A stretch of DNA of 59,745 nucleotides, counting the filler, from Sphacelaria rigidula (Eukaryota), in the NCBI GenBank assembly GCA_964200075.2. It is 6 parts of 6 records of this genome, joined end to end, with 100 filler letters (N's around TTAATTAATTAA, not from the genome) between each part and the next. Parts side by side here need not be neighbours in the genome. Positions count along the whole stretch, not along the records: positions 49,874 to 59,745 come from CAXNAA020007582.1; 5 more parts are not named here. One strand, given 5' to 3'. Below the pieces are notes generated by a model, which searched no databases, was not told where the DNA came from, and saw only the letters and a list, made by a program, of their open reading frames with translations. Of this stretch, positions 49,912 to 59,745 are shown piece after piece. The position numbers and the translations under genes were made by a program. Every line of letters starts with the position of its first letter. The first letter of the stretch is position 1.

Positions 49912-50599
49912 TTGGTTGTCTCTTAAACCGCCACAGATTTTATGAATCTACCCGCTGGGATGAGGTTTTCAACAGAGATAGAGGTACGTGAACCCGGGTT
50001 GACATTATTTGTTCATACAAGGTATGACACCTTCTACGATTGCCACCCCCCAAAAAGTGCATGGTTTTGGGAGACAAGATCTTCACGTAAATCGAATTGG
50101 GAAAAGCCGAGCACAACGAGAGGCTGGGAATTCCCATGCTTGGGTTCGTTCTAGCCAATGTCGTCAATATGAGGCGCTCCATGCAGCCTGAACCCGAACA
50201 TCAAGCGCTATATAGCCATTTTTTTCGTGACACTTTTAGCTGGTTTGGGGGGGGGGGCTATCGTAGAAAGTGTCGTATCTAGGACAGGCGTCGACGACGG
50301 CCCTACAAGCCACCGCCGCCGGGGTCGGTAGTCTGGGTGGGAGCTCCTCTGGGTATGCCAAACAAGGCCTCGGATGAATGATCCCCGCCACAAGGGCGGT
50401 AGTTCTCCGGATAAGGCCAGGGACATGAATCCAACTGTCATGCCCGCACGCCACCGGCGCTGAGATAATTCCGCCATCTAGACGCTTCCGTGTACGTCGT
50501 TGTTTCCTCTCGTGCCTCCTTGAAAGAACGTTCCGAACAACAGGCAGGCTGCTTCTTCGCTGTTGAACTCATGCTCGTTTATATCTCGACTTCAATCAT

Positions 50600-53500
50600 A
50601 GGGGCTATCGTATCACGGCTCAGGTTCGTCTGTTCGTACCGTTGGAGCGATGTAGCGATTGTCCGCGAAAGAATGTGAGTATACCGAAGACTGTCTAGTG
50701 CTGCCTGAGTCCTCACACCAATCCTGTGCCCCCAAGGTCTGCATGCTTATCGTTTTTCGTTGGCCACGTGGTCCGCGAGTTCTTTCGATTCTCGTATGGG
50801 GCACACGAAATGAGCTACGCCGGCTCTTGTAGCTGGTCACCTTGTTCGTATCCTTGCGCCCGGCATGGCGTCTCGTCGCAGTTAACTCCAGCACGTGGCG
50901 CCGCTAGCGCTGAGGACGTCGGTCTCAGTCTCCTGGCATACCTGCAGTGAAGAAACAAGAAGTCCCCCGATACCGGGTACCGTCGTCGGCTGGTATTTGT
51001 GTGTCATACATTTCTATTATGTTGTTGCAGCGTCTTCAACTTCCCCGTGGCTTGTAACGGGCGGTCCAGGCGGTCTACTCGTCCGCGTTTTTGGCTCCCC
51101 ATCGCTGAGATAGATGAAAACAGGACCATCTGCGCTGTGGGGCGTCGCGCCTCCGCCGCCAACAGGACCGCGGGCGTGCAGTCCGGACCTACCATGGCCA
51201 TTTTGACGTGGCCGTGTCAGGGGTTGCTATCTAAGACATGATCATTGTGTGGGAGACCAGGACCTCTCTACTGGCAGGTGACGAACCTCAGCTACTCTCC
51301 TAACATGGTGGAAGACGCCTTCTACTTCTTTGGGCGCCGGAGAGCGTGGCCTCCGTGCACGCAGCGGAAGGTGATGTTGTTGGTGTCGATTGTGTCTTCG
51401 AGGCGTCCCCGTAGGCAACGTGCGTGTCACCAGCATGTGCCATGTAGCGAGATAGACTTCAGCCGCGCCGGGGGGCCCGACTCTCGCAGGAGGTAACGTC
51501 CTCCCGACCACTGTTGTCGCGGGGTGGCGTGATATTCGGACCCTCTTCGACCGTTTCGAATAAAGCATCTACACATCTGCCATAGTTTACTACCGAGAGT
51601 GCGGCAACGGCCGTGGGATCCACCGGCGCTCTGCTGCTTGAGCATTTAGGGGCACGATTCGCTCGGACCCACAGCTGCGCGCAACACGCGATGCGGGGGG
51701 CGTGGCTACACCCGTCATAAAATGCGTTTGGAGGGGCCTGGATCTCCAGGCACACACCGCAGTTTTCAGGCGATTGCGGTGTACCTACCCTCGCACGCGG
51801 AGAGTCTCGTGGAAACGATTGGGACGGAGGCGACCGCTGGTATGGGGAACTTACCCGCTGTTGTAACGACTGCAGGGGGAATTATCCTATCGTCGCTCGC
51901 GCTTCCGCAGTCGCCGTCGTCGTCTTCGACGCCACCCCCTCGTCGACAGCACCGCCATCTCCGGGCGCGGGGTAGTAAGCTCACCTGGTCAGGCACTCAA
52001 TTCAAACGACCTGCACCACCTCCTCGTCGGCCACGCCGGCCCCAAAAGTGTGTCGCTCCGCAGTCGCCACTGGCATCGACCGCTTCCGTACCGTTATCGA
52101 GTATGCGGCTTGTGCCAATCGCGCCCACTAGCTAATCCCTCAGCGGTACCGTAGTGGGGGGACGGCGGGGAGACCAAACCTCAGTATGCCACGTTTCTGG
52201 ATTGTCGCTGGCACTAGTTGCTGCTGATCCCGTCTGGAATAGCTGTTGGTTCCCGCCATTACTCCATCGCCGCCGTTGCTGGTAGGGGCGGGCACTGATG
52301 CGGTCTCTGGGATTCCGTCTAGCATTTCCTGCCGTCCGCGATCTGATTGTCGAGAAAGTGTGTCCTTCTTGGGGAGTAACGTTTTCGCCGCTAGAAAACG
52401 AACCACCCTCTAGGGGCAGTATGAGGGCATCACCAGTCGCCCCGAGAGCAGGGCTTCGAGTGGTTCCAACCACAGGCCAGGTGGTCGCGCCTGGCGTCGG
52501 TCTGATGCTGAATCCCTGCCCGCCACCGCCGACGGTCGGGTGCTGGGCATCTCCCATACTGACTGCGGTACGACAGTCGGTAAATCCCTTAGGATTTGCC
52601 GGCCGTCCCGCCTTTCAAGGTTAACTGCGCAATGTCCGACGCCGTATGTTGTGGTGACTGTCGGTCCTCCGGTAGATCCTTTCGGTCGGAAGCGATGACC
52701 TTGACCGTCACCTTGACAGGAATTTGACATTCTCCACGACTCGGCCAGTGCTATCGGTGATCTTTTCCCTTTCACCTCCGCCGCAAGGCTGGGGAAAAAT
52801 GTCCCCTCGACTGTTAGTATCTCTCACGGGGCTCGATGTGGGGCGGCCGTCGGGTCTTCTCGGAACCAGACCCGACGGAGGGTGCTAGGTCTCGGTCACT
52901 GCGAGAATAGATCCACCGACCACTTCCCGCGCCTACCGGCTTCGATCTCCGCTTATATGGCTGTGTCACAATGCGCGAGGGAACCCCCATACCTCGCGGC
53001 GAGCCGGGAGCATATACTCAGACGTGGATGATGATGGCTCCTGAGATGCCGATCTACGGCGGGCCCGTACCAGCTGTGGACCGTTCCCAACCCGGCTTGA
53101 CTGGTGCCGTTTTGGTGAGGATCGTCGACTTTTATGCTGTCGACGGGGGCTACGTTTTGCAGGCTGTTCATTCCTCGTGTTGAGGTTTTCAAATATGCAT
53201 GTCTTGATGACGTACCTCCCCGCCCCCCGCGTGCTCCTCCCAATCGTGTGGCAATCCATGCCGACATCGTGGTGTGATGCCCACGCCCCACAGACGTAAT
53301 AGCCGGCGGCAGCCGCCTCGGTGTGTTACCTCCCGGCTTCTGTTTGCTGTACACCTTGTTCTATTTCACCACTCCAGCTGGACGACTTTCGTTTTGCAGT
53401 CCCCCGACCACTTTGCAGGATACCCTGACCGTTCGTTTCGTTATCATCGTGATATGTCGCCCCGCCCCGGCGCTTTTGTGGGTGCCGTCGTCGACGAGAG

Positions 53501-54000
53501 CGTCTGGATCCCACCTGTCGGCAGTTGCGCCGGAGCAGTTGGCTTCAATCTTGCCACGCTTCCCCCACACTTGTGGCCATCTAAACCGGTGTAGTGGTAA
53601 ATCGCCCGCGTCCAACCTCTCCGACGCGCACCATAGCCCTCCTCTCCGGAACCAGACGCGTGTCCTGTCGGGAGCCATAATCCACTGGGGCCACAACGCC
53701 TCTGCTCCTCCCCATCCCAGACGAAAACCCCGTCTGTCACCCACCGTCTGCTTTTTTCCGCGCGGGGCCTGATGCTGCCTCCAGCGAAGGGTCTGCATGA
53801 TTCACGCGTCTACAGTAGAGTTCCCAACACGAGCCTCTTCACCCATTTACAGGACAAGGGGTAGGTACGAGAGTAATGGGACGAATCAGGCTTCAAATCA
53901 CAGTTTCGTATGGGAGGGGTTGATGTACAATACCCCGTCCTTTGGCTGCGGTGGGTGGTAGTTCGCCCTATTGAACTGGGGCTCCTTGCTGCCTCCACTG
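50600..54000 (-). mobile_element. Possible heavily decayed tyrosine-recombinase (DIRS/Ngaro-like) retroelement
   Basis: GC-rich block without evident intron structure, carrying RT-like FRLGWGGAEALW and ALVDDG (53480-53730) and a frameshifted HSF/RTIATSL recombinase box-II-like motif near 50650-50680. By-eye only. Confidence 0.3.
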
Positions 54001-56029
54001 ATTACCAAAACGTGGCACCCGCCCTATTCATCCAGTCCCGCGGTTGCTTACGTCGCCGGATGGAAGTCCTCTTTCCGGGCCATCCCTATCGCCGATGCGT
54101 CGATGTGACCGCTTGGCGGTAGTATTGGTCCTGCATGCAGCACCGTCTCCCGCAGCCAGAAGGATGCCGTATTGCCTTCCATTCGCACGCAGCGTTCGTA
54201 CGGGAGCTGTGGGATCCTCTGGTGCTGACGCGGTGGCTTCTTTCATGTGTCTCCATACATATACCCCGTTCCCTAGCGCGTGGCGGTGCCGTGCTCGCTC
54301 TGTCCCTTGTCCCCCGGCCGCCAGTCGCTCTCATCATACACGTATATACAGGGAACAACATGATGACATTCGATGACCACCTGAGACGACATAATTATAT
54401 TGGCAAGGAGTCTTCGCTGCCCCGTTCAGTGGCAGATTCAATACGAAAAATCGAATCAGTGAAATGGTAGCGTAGATGTTAACCGACGATAGCTCAAAAA
54501 CTGTCGCAGGAACAGGGAGTGTAACGTCGATATGCCTGGATCTAGTTACCCATGACGCTTTTCACGAAGCAAAATGAAGTACACATTTGGAAAGATTACA
54601 TACACACCTTCACCCAGGTCCTACTTTCTGTGACGGGATATGTGTAGACTGCACCCCGAGGAAGGCGTGCACCGTCTTGCTTGTTTTATGACATCCTCTT
54701 TTCTAAGGGAACGAACCTATGGCTGCATGGCAACTCAAGTAGTACCATATTGATTTGCCCAAATTTTGTACGTCGAGCCGAGGCGCAGTGTCTCCTTTAA
54801 GGGCTCTGTTGTCGTCATGTGAGAGCCAGCTGCTGTGCGTGCGCATCCTGATCTACATTGGCGTCTACGTGTTCATATCTTCAGGAACGACAGTTTGTAC
54901 ACTGAACGGTAGTCGTGGCGCACAGTCCAGCTCAGCTTCGTCGTAGTTGTACACTTACTGCACAGTACGTGTAGCACAAAGATTCTTCAGGGAGTACAGC
55001 TAGCTGCTGTCTGTGCCGACACTATCAATCACGAGGCTATCTCCTCGTTTGTCAACGTACAGTTACATTCGATGGCGTCTGGTGAGTCAACGGCCCTGTG
55101 TAACCTGGTGTCACGGCAGCCGCAGCCTGTTGAGGGTGCTACATTTCGTCACCCAACCCACAACGAGCATTTCTTCCCTGTGGCTAGACATTTGGTTCCG
55201 GTCGGCCGGTGCATTTACTCGTATTTCCACTACTTACCCCGAAGTTGTGACCCTTACATGGATACAGACAAACTATGTGTGAATTCTGTCGAACGTTTGT
55301 GAGTTGATTGAGCCCTCATCCATTCAAAGGAGAGTATTTGAAGCCCGACCATTCCATAGTGAGTAAGAAATTCCTTCCATTAGGTAGGTCTAGGGTGGTG
55401 AGATTTGCTCATCTCGACTCCTGAGAGGTATGGTCCTCACCCTTCACCATCAGCTGTTCACATATGCATTGCCGCTCGTGACGTCCAGGGAAGACAAGAG
55501 TGCTCAGCGAGCGTCGAGGTTCCACCCACGCAATCAAAGCCAAAGTGCGATATGTATCTCTTCCGCATCCACAACAGGATTCAACACCGAGGGGCGAAAG
55601 CGAGGTTGCAAAGTTGCCAGAGCTCGGAAAAATGAGATCGCCGAAAAACTCTGCGCCGCGAAATACAGAGGCAATCAGGTAAACCTCCCCGCGATGAGCC
55701 CGATGGGGATACACGACAGCTCGGGTGGAACAGCCGTCATTCTGCAGCTGCGTTAGGCGCTATCCTGCTCGTGTTCCTTCGTATATTTTGCGGTATGAGT
55801 GTACAAACTAACCGACACTAAAAGCGTGCCTCTCAGTAAACACTACGGAAAGCGAGTCGAGAGAGTCCGTGCTCGCTGTGTGCCACGAAGAAAAACCTTG
55901 CTGCACTTGTACCTCAAGGTGGCCAAAAGCGGCGAATAATGCTTCTTCCTGACCAGTGGCCGAGTTGAGATATGTTCTCATGAACCGTCACCTGCATACG
56001 CGAGGATACGCTTGAACCATATGCGAAGT

Positions 56030-56490
56030 GTCGCACCACGTGCCATAGTTCAATGTGCTCGCTCATCCGTCATCATACCACACCATTTGTGAGGTATTCG
56101 TCACACACATGCGACACACCAATCGCATCACAACTCAACAAAGCAGCTTACAAAATAGCAGCAAACAGAATATGGCAAGAACTCAGATACACATCATGAA
56201 CGTTTTTTCCCTCTCACATTCACCAAGTCCCTGGATAAATCCCCCCTTCCCCCAAAGCCTTGTGCGTAGTATCGCATCACGTGTCATCGTTCAACGTGCT
56301 TGTTCATCCATCATCATATCGCATGATTCGTGACGCATTTCTCATGCGGCACACCAATCGCATCACAACTCAACGAAACAGTCGACAAAATAGCAGCAAA
56401 CAGAACATGGCAAGAACACACATACACACATCATACACTTTTTTTTCTCTCTCTCACATTTACCGAGTCCCCTACCCTCCCTGTCCCCCC
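56030..56490. repeat. Two diverged tandem copies of a ~240-bp unit
   Basis: Shared cacaccaatcgcatcacaactcaac...caaaatagcagcaaacagaa.atggcaagaac. Confidence 0.88.
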
Positions 56491-58299
56491 TCCCTTACCA
56501 TAAACATGAAGCAAAGAGCGTAAGTCTACTTCATGTCACTTGCGTATACCAAATTAAAGAATGGCATCATTGACAACAGCCCCCCCCCCCTGCCCCCCCC
56601 CCCCTACCCGTAATATATATATATATATATATGTATGTAGATGGGCCCTAGTGGCCGTTCAAGTACGAACGAAAATGGCTCTATGAATACCCCGACAAGA
56701 CGCTTTCAAGCCGTCCCGCGTCGAGGGGAAAACGGGAGGTTCTACGAAATGGGCCCTGGTTTTTTTCATAACCTTGGTTACCCTGAGAGGGGGGGCGTCC
56801 GACCTAGTGTCCTGAAACTGTTATCTGAGATAGACGCTGCCCGAGACGGTATGAGCTGCAATACTTTGAAAGACCTTGGTGTCGATCTTCAGCGATATGC
56901 CCACGGGCTGACGACGATTCATACCCCGACAAAATGCACGTGCGCACGAGAGCCCTTGTACACCACACACCGTAAACTCTCTTGTTTCGGACAAACATTC
57001 ACCTCCGCCCTACTGTGAGATGATTCGGTCGCCGACATACGTAACACACGGAAGCAACAGAGGAGTCCGTCGGTGGTGAGCACCATACAGTGCAGTGCTC
57101 AAGTGCTCAGCTGCTCCTTCTTTTTCAGTGTACATGCACCGCTACAAGCATATCTTGGCCTTCAGTGTATCACGCCAGCACCCATTATAAAGGTGGATCG
57201 TTTCCCTTCCACGCCTCTCTAATACAACCTGTCTACTCGACACTAACTTCCGCAGGCCTTCATAAGTCTCAGAGAGTCCCATTTTCTCCCTTTGGCCCGT
57301 ACTGTACACCCTCTATCCGCATTGTAAAACGAGGCAATGAATGGCCAACGAACTCTCTGAATACAATGCCAAGTGGTATCCAAAAATAGCGGTACATGGA
57401 GAACGGGGGAAAGGGGGGACAGGATTGACACAAAAAACAACAAGATGGGGGGCCTGCACGACAATTTTCCGTCAACATGCGTCCGCATTCCATCTACACA
57501 CACATCCACACACGGCGCTCTACAAGCACACAAAAAGACATCAAAAGTTCTCAGCTATCGAAAGACCCGCAGAGACTCAGTTTCGCATATCTTTTCTGAC
57601 CGGAAGCTTCGACATTTTCTCGAGCTAGAAGGAGACAAAGACTACCTACTTCGTCGGCGAGTACCCGAACAGTAGTACAGTGTAATAGAGACAACAGACA
57701 GATTAGGGGGGAAGGGGTCCGGCCTCACACAGTCAGCCATGTGGCACCCTCACAAACAAAACGCACGCAATAGAAACACAACTAGACACAGCCAAGTATG
57801 ATGAATAATATCCATTTCCCACTTCATACACGCAGAGGAACAGACAGCACATGAAGGACAATAATCATGAAATAAACAATCGGCGCGGTGTACTGTGCGC
57901 AGCTGATGAGATTTGTGGGTGTAATAAACAGAGCGTCCCCCCTCGGTGCAAACCAACTCGAGCACAAACAGAACAAAACTAACACTCCCAACCATTCCTT
58001 TGGAAGCTGCATGCACCGAACGCACACACGAGCGTTTGAAAGCTGAATGCTAGTACGCTTGTCGGCTGGACAAAAAGTTGGAGGCCAAACTTCATTCACC
58101 ACCTGATACTCCATCCACATTCGAGCACGATTGCCATGGGTCACCTGTAAGCATAATGTCCCCAATCTTGGTATTCTAGCAAGATGGGCTGCGATGGATA
58201 GATGTCCCCGCTGTACAAACGACGAGACACGCACACAAATGTTTGTAGTGGCCAAAGCGATATGAGAAAAACAGCAACACTTGGGCATGTACATGTATA

Positions 58300-59170
58300 C
58301 ATAGACCCCACACACATTCATAGTCGCCGAACCGGCATAGAAGCGAGCACACGCACCACGTCGGGCACATATATCTAGAAACATGAAATTCCCACGTGCG
58401 TTCATGTCCCCGAAATGGCAACAAAAACGCAAAAGGTTGGTCACACGCATTTAGATATATCAATACCCCCACATACGTCTATAGTCCCAAAGACGCCAAA
58501 AGATCACACACAACACCGACAGCAAGTCGGGCACATGCCTCTAGATCCATAAGATTCCCACGAACGTTTATCGTCGCTGAAATGGCAACAAAAACGCAAA
58601 AGGTTGGTCATACGCATCTAGATACAACACTATTCCCACGTACGTCTATAGTCCCAAGGACGTCAAAAGAAACAAACACAACACGTACACCAAGTCGGGC
58701 ACAAGTATCTAGATACATAAGACTCTCACGAATGTTTATCGTCGCCGAAGCGACCACAAATACACAAACCGCCGGTCATACAGACATAGATAAATCGATG
58801 CTCTCCCACATGCGTCCATAGTCGTAAAGACGCCGAAAGAAACACACGTAAACACACACCAAGTCGGACATATGTATCTAGATTCATAAGACTCTCACGA
58901 ATGTTTATCGTCGCCCAAAGCGGCAAGAAAAACACAAACCGTCGGTCATACAGATCTAGATGCACCAACTCTCCCACATACGTCCATAGTCGCAAAGACG
59001 CCGAAAGAAACACATATAAACACACACCAAGTCGGACATACGTACATCGGTGGATAAAGGTCCCACATAGGGTTCGCGGCCACCAAAACGACAAGTAAAC
59101 ACATAAAAGTCGGTCATCCGTGTCTAGATATATGAAAACCAACGAACGCTCACAACCTCCGAAATGGCAC
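58300..59170. repeat. Diverged satellite-like array, ~168-bp unit, about five copies
   Basis: Anchor tcgg(g/a)ca at 58361, 58527, 58695, 58864 and 59032 (spacings 166, 168, 169, 168). Confidence 0.9.
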
Positions 59171-59655
59171 AAAGGCATTTTCGAAATCAGGCACAAATAT
59201 ACATATAATGCTTTTTGCAAGCCGACACATATGCCTTCCGTCGCCGAGGCGCTAAACACCAAGAAACCAAACTCTGTTGTGTACATGTGTATGAATGTAT
59301 ATAAAACCACCACATGCCATTTGCGTGCGCTTTCCCCGCCCTGTTCGTCCCTCGAAAGTGTCTGCTGTCGTCGCCATTTCTCCTCTGAAAACCTCCATTG
59401 CCATGGTGCACATATTTGTACTAGACAATACTGGTCTCCGCACTTACACATCATGCACCTTACCAAGCATGCCATACAAAGCATACTACCACCTGTGTGC
59501 TGGCGGTGTCACGACCCTTGAGGTGTGCCGTGGCTGCGGTCGGCAAGCTATGCAAGCTACGACGTGTGCCATCCCCCTTCCCCTTCCTGTTAACATCCTG
59601 CAAAAATAAGACACCGCTATTGTACATGCAAGCAATACAATAATAATATAGTCTT

Positions 59656-59656
<1 letters not shown>

Positions 59657-59709
<53 letters not shown>
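59657..59709. repeat. Poly(C) tract near the contig end
   Basis: About 53 consecutive C. Confidence 0.9.
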
Positions 59710-59710
<1 letters not shown>

Positions 59711-59745
59711 ACGGTGGCGCCCGCGCCCCGCTAGCACACCCACAA

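Overview
This is eukaryotic nuclear DNA, most likely from a brown alga (Phaeophyceae). That is an inference from an EsV-1-7-repeat gene, GT-AG introns of roughly 0.3-2.9 kb and the repeat landscape. The window is not one locus. It is six contigs (9876, 9876, 9874, 9874, 9873 and 9872 bp) concatenated in size order with 100-bp N44-TTAATTAATTAA-N44 linkers, so nothing can be inferred across the linkers. Contig 1 holds the last exon of an EsV-1-7 Cys/His-repeat protein with a long disordered tail. Contig 2 holds six phase-compatible minus-strand exons of a gene with an ATRX-type ADD/PHD finger, followed by a segment resembling the region just upstream of the Sen1/senataxin helicase domain. Contig 3 holds an internally deleted Ty3/Gypsy chromovirus with both LTRs, PBS and PPT, plus a possible Helitron remnant. 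Contig 4 holds an intronless FCS/TRASH-like zinc-finger ORF, tandem repeats and hairpin elements. Contig 5 is a nested fold-back: 2195-bp near-identical inverted arms around two long hairpins and a decayed RTE LINE. Contig 6 holds a Helitron-like 3' end, a possible decayed tyrosine-recombinase retroelement and a ~168-bp satellite. A tail-less LINE family recurs, almost always next to C-tracts. All domain calls are by eye; no searches were run.
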